A DNA stretch of 63,884 nucleotides, filler included, from Octopus bimaculoides (GCF_001194135.2; 5 parts of 4 records of this genome joined end to end with filler, not necessarily neighbours in it); one strand, 5' to 3'. Positions 49,904-63,586 are shown, counted from the whole stretch's first letter. Notes: generated from the sequence alone by a model not told the origin. Translations and numbers: made by a program.

Positions 49904-50989
49904 TCAAGCAGTGGGCCTTTGTACTGTTTCCGTCTACCAAATTCCACTCGTATCAAAAATAATTCTATAGTGAAAAGACTTGGCTAAATATAGCAAATAT
50001 ATGTTAGCTATTTCTTTACTATTTCTTCCAGTTCACCACACAATCGACATACGTATTATTATTAAAACTTGTGCAGTCGGAAATGTCTCAATTTTGGCAA
50101 AAATTTCATGTTTTCCTTTTACGCAATGGTTGCGGTGAGTGTCTTTCACATAGTAGACCTTTCCTAGGACAAAGGACATTGTAAAAATCTTTTCATATCC
50201 CAAACAGTGATAGGTTGGAATTGCAAGCCAGTTTTTCATCCATAGTCCCCAAGAAATTTAAGCTGGGCGTTTCTATACGCTTATTTGAATCACATCATTT
50301 TTCATCTTGACGGGGTTTGACCCTGGAGGAACTTTGAAAGTAAATTATTGCAACTTACTAAACATTACACGAAAAAATTACTTTCAATAAACTGAAAAGA
50401 TTTCTTTTTTTATTTGATTTTTTTTTCTCTTTACTTGTAAAGCATATATTTGTGTGTGTATTTGCTGGAATGTATGTGAGAGACCCTAGTCTTCCGGAAC
50501 TCTGATGAAACAACTGAGGCTTCTTTTGCATCTAATGATATCGTCTGTGAGGCAAATGCATACGTTGTGTAGAGTGAGAATAATCATATGCAAGGCTTTT
50601 CCTCACTTCAAGCGCAGGCATCGCTTAATCTTCAACATCTCTATCATGCGTTGCATATTGTGGCTGGCCATAGTCGAAAAAGGCAAAACCCTCAACGAAA
50701 AATTACTTGATGAAATGAAGGCACGTGTCAGCATGGGTGATAACCCCTATAAACACCTACTGTAAGATGGGCTCATCGCTGTCACATCTGTGCTGATTTA
50801 AGAAAACAATCAAATGATGGCATTGCTCATATACATATACATATATACATATACACACACACATATATATATTATATTATATTATATTATATTATATTAT
50901 ATCATATTATATATGATATGCATGTATGTGCGTGTATATATTTATTTTTTTCTCTAATTCGTTAAATTGTTTTAGCTACATCATTATTT

Positions 50990-51192
50990 GAACCCCCCCC
51001 CCCTCTGATATGTGGCATTTGGTGAATGAGGGAGTTTGATGCTGCTGCCCTCATCTGTGCCTCCTGTCATGAGGTAGGCTCATCTGGAACCCTTGACAGG
51101 AGGAGATCCAGTTTTATTTTGAAGACACCTACATCTACACCACTTTGGAAAAATATTGAAGAGCTTTGGGACCTTGCAGTATCTGGTCCTGT
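50990..51192 (-). mobile_element. CR1/L2-group LINE 3' fragment
   Basis: Peptide GVDVGVFKIKLDLLLSRVPDEP resembles the FK..LD..L...PD.P end motif. Confidence 0.5.
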
Positions 51193-52464
51193 GTTTTGAT
51201 GGTGATGCCGCGNNNNNNNNNNNNNNNNNNNNNNNNNNNNNNNNNNNNNNNNNNNNNNNNNNNNNNNNNNNNNNNNNNNNNNNNNNNNNNNNNNNNNNNN
51301 NNNNNNNNNNNNNNNNNNNNNNNNNNNNNNNNNNNNNNNNNNNNNNNNNNNNNNNNNNNNNNNNNNNNNNNNNNNNNNNNNNNNNNNNNNNNNNNNNNNN
51401 NNNNNNNNNNNNNNNNNNNNNNNNNNNNNNNNNNNNNNNNNNNNNNNNNNNNNNNNNNNNNNNNNNNNNNNNNNNNNNNNNNNNNNNNNNNNNNNNNNNN
51501 NNNNNNNNNNNNNNNNNNNNNNNNNNNNNNNNNNNNNNNNNNNNNNNNNNNNNNNNNNNNNNNNNNNNNNNNNNNNNNNNNNNNNNNNNNNNNNNNNNNN
51601 NNNNNNNNNNNNNNNNNNNNNNNNNNNNNNNNNNNNNNNNNNNNNNNNNNNNNNNNNNNNNNNNNNNNNNNNNNNNNNNNNNNNNNNNNNNNNNNNNNNN
51701 NNNNNNNNNNNNNNNNNNNNNNNNNNNNNNNNNNNNNNNNNNNNNNNNNNNNNNNNNNNNNNNNNNNNNNNNNNNNNNNNNNNNNNNNNNNNNNNNNNNN
51801 NNNNNNNNNNNNNNNNNNNNNNNNNNNNNNNNNNNNNNNNNNNNNNNNNNNNNNNNNNNNNNNNNNNNNNNNNNNNNNNNNNNNNNNNNNNNNNNNNNNN
51901 NNNNNNNNNNNNNNNNNNNNNNNNNNNNNNNNNNNNNNNNNNNNNNNNNNNNNNNNNNNNNNNNNNNNNNNNNNNNNNNNNNNNNNNNNNNNNNNNNNNN
52001 NNNNNNNNNNNNNNNNNNNNNNNNNNNNNNNNNNNNNNNNNNNNNNNNNNNNNNNNNNNNNNNNNNNNNNNNNTATATATATATATATATGTATGTATGT
52101 ATGTATGTGTGTGTGTATATGCTTGTGTATCTGTGTTTGTCCCCCCATCATCGCTTGACAACCGATGCTAGTGTGTTTGCGTCCCCGTCACGTAGCGGTT
52201 CGGCAAAAAGATACCGATAGAATAAGTACTAGGCTTACAAAGAATAAGTCTTGGGGTCGATTTCTTCGACTAAAGGCAGTGCTCCAGTATGGCCACAGTC
52301 AAATAACTGAAACAAGTAAAAGAGTAAAAGATATATATATTGTAGTTATACTATATGTGTTTTTGTATGGGAGTAAGGATATAACTAGATAACAAACCCA
52401 TCACTCTGTGAGGATGAGGAAGAAAGGGTTGAAAATTACTGACATGAATGTTTATACGTGTGTT

Positions 52465-52531
<67 letters not shown>

Positions 52532-53699
52532 AGGTGTTAACATTTCTTCCTTTTACTTTTATGGTGTGACTTCAGGTAGAAGAATAAATAAATGATATTA
52601 TTATTAGCTTTCTGTCAAAGTTTTCACTCTCTCTCTCTCTCTTTTAACAGAATAGATAAGAAATTGTTTCTACTATTCAGCAGCACTTGTGCAAAGTATA
52701 TAACGTGTATTTGTTCCATATCATCCTGTTTTGTATTATATAGAGTAGTCTTTGTAATATACTTCAGAATTATTGTTATACTCTCTTATACAAATCATGA
52801 ACATAGTGCGGCACATTGTTCCGGGTTCCGTCGGGCAAAATGTCTTCTTCACTTACCTCGAGCCGACCAAAGCCTTGTGAGTGGATTTGATAAACGGTAT
52901 GTATGTGTGTGCGTGCGCGCGCGTTCGTGTTTGTCTATGTGTCTGTGTTTGTCCCCCACCACCGCTTGACAACCGGCGTTGGTGTGTTTACGTCCCCGTA
53001 AACTAGTGGTTCGGCAAAAAACACCAATAGAATAAGTACCCGGCCTAAAAAAGTAAGTCCTGGGGTCGATTTCTCCGACTAAAACCCTTAAGGCGGTGCT
53101 CCAGCATGGTCGCAGTCAAATGACTAGATACATGCATACATGAACACACGCACATACATACACACACACACAGGCGCACACACGCACGCGCACACACGCA
53201 CGCGCACACACGCACGCGCGCGCGCAGACATGGAATGGTGTTGTATCGCAATTGGACAAGATTAATGTCAGATATCCAGACGAAGAAGTTGACAGTTCGA
53301 CCCACACCACGAGCATCCTGCAAGTCACTAAATCAAAACATTTAACTCTCACTCGATCCAGCTGTGTTTCCATGTATCACCAACAGGTACAACAGTAGGA
53401 TCTGTTAATTACTAACGAACGAAAGCTTCGTGAGCTGATCAAGTCGAGGTCAAACCTGGCTGGTGGTTCGGATTTGGCAACGGGGAACCATTGCTGAAAT
53501 ACATATAGGTGCAGGCATGGTTGTGTGGTTAAAAAGCTCGCTTTGCAACCGCATGGCTTCAGGTTCAATGCCTATACGCGGCACTTTAGGCAAGTGTCTT
53601 CTACTATAGCACTGGGCTGACCAATGCTTTCTGAGTATAATGGATTTAGTGAACGAAAACTGTGTAGCAGCCTGTAGTGTATAAAGATAGATAGATAGA

Positions 53700-53788
<89 letters not shown>

Positions 53789-53898
53789 ATGTGTGTCTTT
53801 GCGTTGACCTCTACGCTACAGCTTGACAACGGTGTTGGTTTGTTTACGTCGCCATATCTAGTGTTTGAGCAAAAGTGACCGGTAGAAAAAGTAAAGTA

Positions 53899-54375
53899 CA
53901 GTAATCTCTCGCCATATCGCGGTTCACCTATTACACACTCAGTACATCGCAGTTCACCTATCGCATACTTAGTACATCGCGGAATTTTTTCTGGCTAATA
54001 CACGTAAATTTAGGGCGGCGAGCTGGCAGAATCGTTAGCACGCCGGGCGAAATGCTTAGCGGTATTTCGTCTGCCGTTACGTTCTGAGTTCAAACTCCGC
54101 CGAGGTCGACTTTGCCTTTCATCCTTTCGGAGTCGATTAAATAAATACCAGTTATGCAATGGGGTCGATGTAATCGACTTAATAACTTTGTCTTTGTGTT
54201 TCCCCTCTATGTTTAGATCCCTGTGGGCAATAAAGAAATATATGTAAATTTATATCGCGGACTCCTCGGTATATCGCGGGTTTCTGCGGCCGATATGTAT
54301 TTATATATTTTAGATTTTAATTATTTCTGTGGGAGGTTTTGGAACGTAACTACCGCGATACTCGAGGGATTACTG
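53899..54375. mobile_element. pogo/Tigger-type MITE containing a SINE, itself inserted in another SINE
   Basis: TIRs CAGTAATCTCTCGCCATATCGCGGT / ACCGCGATACTCGAGGGATTACTG, flanked by TA and TG. Confidence 0.75.
54013..54240 (+). mobile_element. tRNA-headed SINE family B (Deu/Nin-like core), young copy
   Basis: GGCGGCGAGCTGGCAGAA head and core GGTCGACTTTGCCTTTCATCCTTTCGG(G/A)GTCGAT. Target-site duplication (C/T)GTAAATTTA. Other copies at about 14526-14740, 18456-18670, 23590-23700, 24258-24460, 25275-25700 (two), 26888-27112, 31220-31420, 31545-31665 and 34905-35181. Confidence 0.8.
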
Positions 54376-54603
54376 TGCAAGACTTTAAAAAATAAATCCT
54401 GACTGTATATCTTTCAAGGCGGTGTCCCAGTATAGCTGCAGTCTAATGATAAAAACAAGTGAAAGTTAAAAAAAAAAATAGAGATCAGTAAAACCCACTA
54501 GCAGTTTGTTCCGTCTCCTGGCGAGACCATCAACTTTGTAAAACACTAGAAGGCAACAGCGACAACAATATATTTATCTTGGGGCATCACAAAAGCAAAA
54601 ATA

Positions 54604-54836
54604 CAGGGTTGGCCAAAAGTCACCCGACAGTAAATCAAAATTTCATAAATTCTATCTGTAATTCTGTATTGACCCGGATGGAAAAATGTGTCTCTCAAGA
54701 AGGACTTCAGTTTGAACAATTTTCATGATGTTTCATATTTAGATGCTTTTATTAAATTCATTCAGTTGTTAAACATAAATAAATTTTGGAATTAAATGGT
54801 TTTGATTTACTGTCAGGTGACTTTTGGCTAACTTTG
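54604..54836. mobile_element. Tc1/mariner internal-deletion derivative (MITE)
   Basis: About 35-bp TIRs CAGGGTTGGCCAAAAGTCACCCGACAGTAAATCAAAA with TA target sites on both sides. Retains a transposase-like C-terminus (RMEKCVSQEGLQFEQ). Confidence 0.8.
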
Positions 54837-55077
54837 TATATGAATAAAGTATTCCGTAGAAGACTATTTGTTCCGCTAATCGCAGCTTGTCCAGCATCCT
54901 TGTTCTTGTCTACCAAGAATGTTACAGAATATAATTATCTTTCGTCCGCGAAAGAGCTCATCTTCATAGAAAAGGTGAAGATATGATGTCGATGTGTGTT
55001 TTCTTTTGTCTCCCCACCACCTCAAAGGCATTAACAACAATCAAATTTGAAGTACTTAAGCCGCTGCCAAGAATTTC

Positions 55078-55448
55078 CGGTAATTTTTCAGATTAACACC
55101 CGCACGATCTTCACTAGGGTGTTAGGGTTAGGGTTTTAGGGTCAGTGTTAGGGTTTTAGGGTCAAGGTTAGGGTTTTAGGGTTAGTTTTAGGGTTAGGGT
55201 TTTAGGGTTAGTGCTTAGGGTTAGGGTTACGGTTACGGTTAGGGACGGAATTCCCTAACCCAAACCTTAAAACTCTAACCCTAACCATAAAACCCTAACC
55301 GTAACCCTGACCCTGACCCTAAACCCTAACCCTAACCCTAACCCTGACCCTAAACCCTAACCCTAAAACTAACCCTAAAACTAACCCTAAAACCCTAACC
55401 CTAACACCCTAGTGAAGGTCGTACTGGTGTTAATCTGAAAAATTACCG
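55078..55448. mobile_element. Foldback element with unique TIRs enclosing head-to-head telomeric-type arrays
   Basis: About 45-bp unique inverted ends (3 mismatches), then degenerate (TTAGGG)n, a GGAATTCC centre and (CCCTAA)n. AATTTC lies directly on both sides. Confidence 0.75.
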
Positions 55449-56944
55449 AATTTCCTCCTCACATTTCCACAGTGATTGACATGTGTAAAAACGACGGAGG
55501 CCTGTTGCAGCTACTCGACATGCTAGAAATACCAGCTAAATTTCCTTCATATCAAACCCTTCCGTCGTAAAAATAAAATAGGACTTATTAGATATCGTCC
55601 TAGATAGATCACGCCTGAAAAGGAGAAAAAAAGAACAGACAGCATAGTCACGACCTTACACCATAGATTTTCTCAATAGTGATCGATATGTCGATATGCT
55701 AGAAATCATATACTACACACGTGATACCCTATAAGTTTATAAAGGAACAGACTGGAGAATGTAGTCTTATTAATCTTGGATTTAAACGACACCAACAATC
55801 AACACAAAATCTATAAAACATTAGTTTCTTTTATACTTGACTCAAAATTCCAGATTAAAGAAAACTGCGGACATTAGATGTTGTAGGTTTCGTTCCTCCA
55901 CCACTACAAAGAAAAAATTTGAAAAAAAAAAAAAACAAGTAACGGTGATTCTGAATGAAATGGGTATCAAAACTGTATCACAGATTCGATTGACCGAGTA
56001 CTATAAACATGACGTCTTCAAACCAAACCAGTGAAGAGGTCAGTTAACCTATAACAAATAGTATACAAATCTCATTCTTCTCATAACATAACCGTCTTTA
56101 AAACACAAGGGTTGGTTGGAAAGAGATAAGTCGGACACTTCAATATGATAAATACAAAACGACAGGATGATCGTGCTTGGAACGTCTTTAATGAGAATCG
56201 AGCTTCACCAGGTCTGAACTAGTGCTAAGTATTACAATATATTGTTGTTCTTTAACCCCGAATTTAAAGAGGGCAGTGAGTAAAAAAAAAATTATGGTAA
56301 AGTGTTGAACAAAGGTTCAGAAATCAAATCACATCGCAGTTAATACCGCCTTTCAACTTTCCATGGTCAATAAACTGAGTAAGTCATAATACGTCGTATC
56401 AGGCAATGAAGCGTATATGTATACGTGCGTGTGTGTGTATACACATATATACATGAATACTTTTGTATGCATTTACATATATANNNNNNNNNNNNNNNNN
56501 NNNNNNNNNNNNNNNNNNNNNNNNNNNNNNNNNNNNNNNNNNNNNNNNNTATATATATGTATGTATATACATACACGTATACATATACCTAAGTACATAT
56601 ATACATTTATATAATACATATATACATATATAAACCCACCCATGTATGTACATATACATATGCATATACATAAATACATGTTTATATACACATACTTTTT
56701 TTAAATTTATAATCGGTATTAGTGCTAATTAAGTATATACGCTCGTCTTAAATTGTATTCACCCGTTTGTTCTACCAAATCTATACATACACACACATAC
56801 ATACATAGACACACATACATACATACATACATACATACATACATACATACATACATACATACATACATACATTATGTAGTGTTTCCAATTTTGTGGCGAC
56901 GAATGTAAATCAGTTATTACGACAATGTTATCTAACAAATCTGG

Positions 56945-57560
56945 CGTGGCTGTATAGTAAGAATCTTGCTTCGCAACCACGATTCTGGGCTCAGTCCCAC
57001 TGCGTGGCACCTTGGGAGAGTGTCTACTACTATAGCCTTGGACTAACTAAAGACTTGCGAGTGGATTTGGTTGACGGAAACTGAGAGAAGCCCGTCGTGT
57101 GTGTATGTGCGTGCGTGTCCATGTGTATCCTGCCACTATCGCTTTACAACCGATGTTAGTGTGTCTGTGTCCCATTATCATAGCGATTCGGCAAAAGACA
57201 CTGATAGAATAAGTACTAGCCTTACAAAGAATAAATCTTGGGGTCGATTTCTTTGACTAAAACCCTTTGAGGCGGTGCTCCAGCATGGCCGCTGTCAAAT
57301 GACTGAAACATGCAAAAGAATGAAAGAATATGTGTTTGTGAGTGTGATACATATATATTTTCTTTCTTTTACTTGTTTTAGTCATTTGACTGCGGCCATG
57401 CTGGAGCACCGCCTTTAGTCGAACAAATCGACCCCGGGAATTATTCTTTGTAAGCCTAGTACTTAATCTATCGGACTCTTTAGTCGAACCGCTAAGTTAC
57501 GGGGACGTAAACACACCAACATCGGTTGTCAAGCGATGGTGGCGGGACAAACACAGACAC
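56945..57560. mobile_element. Two SINE family A copies tail-to-tail (56945-57328 plus, 57358-57560 minus)
   Basis: About 200 bp of mutually reverse-complementary SINE 3' halves separated by about 30 bp. Confidence 0.8.
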
Positions 57561-57635
57561 ACATACATACATACATACATACATACATAATACATACATA
57601 CATACATACATACACACATAGATATATATATATAT

Positions 57636-57675
<40 letters not shown>

Positions 57676-57955
57676 ATTACTGAAAGCCTCCAATTGTCAG
57701 TACTCAGAGTTACTCGTTTCAGATCATCAGCCAGTAATCCGAGCCTGCCTTTCTTTTGAAGATTTCAAAAGAAAACCATGCTCAGTTTACTGAGCACTGA
57801 AAATTGAGTACCTTCAGTTACAAAGTCTTAAAGTATTCTCAACACTTGTATTGAGTCCTGTAATTTATCGCTTCTGGTGAATCAGCAGAGATACATACAT
57901 ACATACATACATACATACATACATACATACATACATACACACATATATATATACA

Positions 57956-57989
<34 letters not shown>

Positions 57990-59034
57990 GATNNNNNNNN
58001 NNNNNNNNNNNNNNNNNNNNNNNNNNNNNNNNNNNNNNNNNNNNNNNNNNNNNNNNNNNNNNNNNNNNNNNNNNNNNNNNNNNNNNNNNNNNNNNNNNNN
58101 NNNNNNNNNNNNNNNNNNNNNNNNNNNNNNNNNNNNNNNNNNNNNNNNNNNNNNNNTAACATTCGCGTTAAAAATATTGCATATTGTGTTATAAGAGGGA
58201 AAAAAATTGTGAACTGAAAAATTGAAAGTTAATAACAATATTTGGAAGGACAACTAAAAGTTTTAGGATATGGAACACAGACAATTCAAAGGCTGAATAA
58301 GAAAAGGCTTTTAGAGATTCTTACGAGTATATAAATTTTGTTGTATGTGTGTGGCGGGGGGGGGGAGCGACGAGTAAGGGATTGCACATACAAAAGTATT
58401 TACTGGTGTGCACGTGTACACATGTATGTATTTGTGTGCATATATCTTAGCACGTCGACACATATTGTAAAAGTGCATACACATATTAATACATACATCC
58501 AAACAAGCACTTGTGCACACATGCAAACATACGTGCCTAAGTATAAAAAATTCTACTTACTAGCGACGACAGTAGGTAATCCAAACGTAAATAAAAGTAG
58601 TAAAACTCCTAGCAATACATCTCCTTTCTTTTCCTCATCCATTGTAGTAGAAATTTTCTACAAATCCCACAAGCAGCGTAAAGCAACAAGGAGAGATAAA
58701 GAATTAAGGAACTGACAGCATACCACCATAACAGACATTGGAACTTGGCAGCTATATCAGTTAAGTTCCTGTTGTGGTGTGATAGGATGAAAACACACTG
58801 AAATGAATGAATAAAGAAGTAAATAAATCAGAGATTTTTTTCAAAAGAGAATTACTCGGCTCCTTTAAGCTTTTGTTGCTTCTGTTCCCCCACCAGCACA
58901 ACTATCACGTGACTTGCAGCCCTCAAAAGTTCTGAATTTAGAGGGGCATGAGTAACTAAGAACATGTTAGAAGATATGTATGTGAGTGCATAAATGTATA
59001 TAGGCATATATAAAGACAGCGATAGAAAGAGAGG

Positions 59035-59083
<49 letters not shown>

Positions 59084-59397
59084 NNNNNNNNNNNNNNNNN
59101 NNNNNNNNNNNNNNNNNNNNNNNNNNNTTAATTAATTAANNNNNNNNNNNNNNNNNNNNNNNNNNNNNNNNNNNNNNNNNNNNTGCTAACTGGAACGACT
59201 CATGTACTAAGAAGAGAATTATCGCTGTGAAAACAACATCCATTCATGACTTTTTTTTTTGTTTTCTTAAATACATGTTTTATCTATGAATTTGCGTGTG
59301 TAAATTGGGAATGCATACAACGTTTCTCTGCCCTAGGTGTACGGAAAACACTCGGCGAGAAATGGGAAAATATTTGAAGAAAGAAGAAAAAAAAAAC

Positions 59398-59430
<33 letters not shown>

Positions 59431-59856
59431 TTCTGTGCTTCCCAAGAACAAGCACTAAGAACAAACTACATAAAATACAGAATAGACAACATATCAGAAA
59501 ATGATAAGTGCTGAATCTGTGAACGAAATGCTGATACCGAATGGCATATTAACAGCCAGTGTACGCTACTAGCCCAGAAGGAATATAAGAGACGACACGA
59601 CAATATAGTTAGGCTTATCTATTGGATAATTTGCAATAAGTATGGACTTGACAGAGCAAAAAATTGGTACCACCACAAACCCGAAGGCATCGTCGAAAAT
59701 AAAAATGCCAAGATCATATGGGATTTTATGATTCAGTGCGACCATGAGATAGAGAATAGGAAGCCAGACATAGTCTTAATTGAGAAAGAAAACAAACCAT
59801 GCTGGATTATAGATATAGCATGCCCAGCTGACAAGGTATGCGATAAGAAAGAAAGT
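59431..59856 (+). mobile_element. R4/Dong-like RLE retrotransposon fragment preceded by (AAT)n
   Basis: ASQEQALRTNYIK, KEYKRRHDN, NRKPDIVLIEK and IIDIACPAD motifs. Confidence 0.85.
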
Positions 59857-59859
59857 TAA

Positions 59860-59910
59860 GTGAAGAGACCCAGACTGATGGGTCGAAACATATGTTGTAC
59901 CTAATAAATA
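59860..59910 (+). ncRNA. Hammerhead-like motif at a probable PLE terminus
   Basis: (G)TGAAGA-GACCC-agactgat-GGGTC-GAAA-CATATG-TT, followed by AATAAA. Confidence 0.5.
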
Positions 59911-60545
59911 TCTAATTCGAAATTCACATTCTATTAATGAATACTGTGTGTGTGTGTGGGTGGGTGTGGGTGTGGGTGTGTGTGCGCACCTCCAGAACCA
60001 CCGTTTCATAGTTGAATCTCTGTAGAAGTTATTTACATCGTAATTCTCCTTCACTCCTTCACACCAAACCCTTCAAGTGAACTCCAGCCTCGCACGACTC
60101 CTGCTTCTTCCTTTTTCCGTTGTATATCTACCTAAATCTATTCGCTGGTCACAGATATATTCTAATTGTATAATGCCCTATAAGTAGCTATATTCTGATA
60201 TTAACTATTATGATACACCACATAATTCTAATCCTTTATCATAAATGATAAGATAACATACATAATATAACATATTCGAAATATAAATTTCTAATAAATG
60301 TAAATTTTAAATGTTTGCTTGCGTGTGACCTTAAAAAATAGATATAGTAATATTTATTTAATAGACATGTTTTCTGTATAAAGAGCAACAAATAAATCTC
60401 GAAAACAAATCCAAGCATGTATTTGTATTAATTTATTTCTTCGGTGCACTTTCCATTTATATTTGAAATTGATAGATTTCAAATGGAAAATATCGATTTC
60501 TGCCATTCCGTAACTAAATGCTGATATGCTATTGATAGAATGTTC

Positions 60546-60623
<78 letters not shown>

Positions 60624-61949
60624 ACGGAGAGATAGAGAGAGACATGGCTAATAAATTGATACATGAATATATATATANNNNNNNNNNNNNNNNNNNNNNN
60701 NNNNNNNNNNNNNNNNNNNNNNNNNNNNNNNNNNNNNNNNNNNNNNNNNNNNNNNNNNNNNNNNNNNNNNNNNNNNNNNNNNNNNNNNNNNNNNNNNNNN
60801 NNNNNNNNNNNNNNNNNNNNNNNNNNNNNNNNNNNNNNNNNNNNNNNNNNNNNNNNNNNNNNNNNNNNNNNNNNNNNNNNNNNNNNNNNNNNNNNNNNNN
60901 NNNNNNNNNNNNNNNNNNNNNNNNNNNNNNNNNNNNNNNNNNNNNNNNNNNNNNNNNNNNNNNNNNNNNNNNNNNNNNNNNNNNNNNNNNNNNNNNNNNN
61001 NNNNNNNNNNNNNNNNNNNNNNNNNNNNNNNNNNNNNNNNNNNNNNNNNNNNNNNNNNNNNNNNNNNNNNNNNNNNNNNNNNNNNNNNNNNNNNNNNNNN
61101 NNNNNNNNNNNNNNNNNNNNNNNNNNNNNNNNNNNNNNNNNNNNNNNNNNNNNNNNNNNNNNNNNNNTTATATATATAGTTTACCGAATAAAACTAATTG
61201 CTTTACAAGACTTCATTTTATTCATCTGGCTTCGATTTTATTGGTGATAATTGTTCAATTTATAAATCAATTTGAACTATGTAATAAAACCCTATAAGAT
61301 TCAACTATTGATTGGAATTTTTTTTTTTCTTAGTGCTTTTATTTCCCCCTAATGCGCTGCTTCTATTGTTTTTTTTAATTTTCCTCGTTTGTTTGTGCGG
61401 ATTTGTTATATACAGATATTGTATATATGTATGTAACATAAAACCTGACGGAATATTACTCTCTGTTATTATGTGTTAGATACGCCACAATCTTATTCTA
61501 GCTAAGCAACCGATTAGATTTACAAAGTGAAGCATAACAAATGCTGATAGCCAGTAGTAATTGCTTCCGTTATAATCATAAATCTAATAAATATAATTTC
61601 ATTTTAATTCGTATTATATGTCGCCCATACAAAAGTAATTACATTCAAAGAAAATATCTTATTGGGCTTTGAGATTTTAGAATATTGGGTAATTTCTTTC
61701 TGTAACCATCTACTTATTGTGTGTATTGAGCTTATAATATATACCTTAGAAAGGAGGAAATTGTGTGAAAGAAGGCGGAAAGCTAAAGGTGAGACTGGTT
61801 TGGAATACTCAGGTCACGTGACAGAAATTGCCCAGATTTATTTGAATAAAATGAGCAGGAGAGAAAATAGAAGAAATCTTCCTTTACATTTTATCATTGA
61901 AACTTAGAATTTTCGGAATTTACTCCAATATTGATGTCAAGAAATCTAA

Positions 61950-62470
61950 TGTTTCGAATTTGCATACATTCATATTTTACTTAAGTTCGTATGGTATATC
62001 ATTCAATCATTCATTAAAATACTATTTGATGTTCAATGTACGTTATAATTCGATCCAACAATGGTTTTTTGCTGTGTAGTCAATTTAGGTCTTCTCTTCG
62101 TAGTAGACGGCATCTCGCATATAAACCGTATTTAGAAAGACACTATTGAAGATTCTGGCATGTATGGTCTTGTCTATTTTTGTTTTGAGCACATCGTATA
62201 TTGAGACAAGCGGCTTCCATTTTACCGTTGTTATCTTCGAGATTTCAGCAACCAGTTCGTCGTGTACCACGTCTATTTGGAATTTAGCCCGGATTATTTT
62301 CTTTTCATGCAATTCAATTTAAAGCCTACTACTGAGCTAGCATGCTCAGCAGCTGATATCTAGTTTCGGCAATGAGTACAGTGGTATCTACGAATGGGAG
62401 GTGTTTTAGAATGTTGACGTTAATGTTCACGCCACATCGCCAATCAATGGCTCTGTCGACAATTTCTAGA
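61950..62470 (-). mobile_element. Decayed RTE-clade RT fragment
   Basis: GVNINVNILKHLPFVDTTVLIAE (degenerate FADD motif) and ELVAEISK...W...SIYDVLKTKIDKTIHARIFNS. Confidence 0.65.
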
Positions 62471-63175
62471 AATACTATTACACGCAATTTTTAATTTCTG
62501 CTCTTAAGAATAATAATAAAGGGACTAGAGTAACCGACACAACGTCGAACAAAGTGGCATGCACAATTTGTTGTATGTGTTGTACGTTCTCATTTTAAGT
62601 CTCGTGAGGTTCAACTTTGCACTTTATATTTCTGTTGATAAAATAAAGAAACATTTAGACATTACACTGAATGTATTTGACCGAAACATTCCCGGCTATG
62701 AAGACACATTTAATATTATGCTTATGTTAGAATTTTATATTGACAATATTGAAATAAAGGGTTCCAGATCACACTAAATAATTAGTCATTATTTTCAGAA
62801 CTGGCAAAAGCAAAAATAAAGGAAGGAAATATGAATTTCATTACACAAACAATAAAATAATATTTCTGAGTCGAATTTTGTAGTCTATACCCACGAGAAA
62901 GAGAAGATGATTGTTGAGAGGATGTTTAATATGTAGGGCTATTCGCAGTAAATTATTAACGATAAAGCATAGATTCGAATCTAATTGCACTATGCCTTGC
63001 ACTATACCTTGTACATTCTTGTTATTTTGATTATCAATTTTTATATATGACAAAAATTTTCATATGACCAAATTTTGTGTACAACAACGTCGTTTTCTAC
63101 ATTATAGAATTAAACAAACAATGATGTCCCATACGCAGGAAGACACACACACACTAATATAGTATATATTACTCT

Positions 63176-63586
63176 CCTTTACTCTTTTACTTGTTTCAGT
63201 CATTTGACTGCATCCATGCTGGAGCACCACATTTAGTCGAGCAAATTGACCTCAGGACTTATTCTTTGTAAGTCTAGTACTTATTCTATCGGTCTCTATT
63301 GCCGAACCGCTATTGTACGGGGACGTAAACACACCAGCATCGGTTGTCAAGCGATGTTGGGGGGACAAATGCAGACACACAAACACACACACGCACACAT
63401 ATATATATACATATACATATATACAACGGGCTTCTTTCAGTTTCCGTCTACCAAATCCACTCACAAGCCTTTGGTCGTCCCGAGGTTTTAGTAGAAGACA
63501 CTTGCCCACGGTGCCATGCAGTGGGACTGAACCCGGAACCATGTGGTTGGTTAGCAAACCACTTACCGCACAACCACTCCTGCGCC
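63176..63586 (-). mobile_element. SINE family A, near-complete copy
   Basis: Reverse complement of the 32771 copy along its full length. Confidence 0.85.

Noticed and set aside
55078-55448. Interpretation as an ancestral chromosome end-to-end fusion site
   Set aside because: Unique inverted termini, an apparent TSD and a related array at 15165 fit a mobile repeat better. There is no subtelomeric context.
62559-62777. 72-aa plus-strand ORF
   Set aside because: No recognisable domain or splice context, and it lies next to a decayed RTE fragment.
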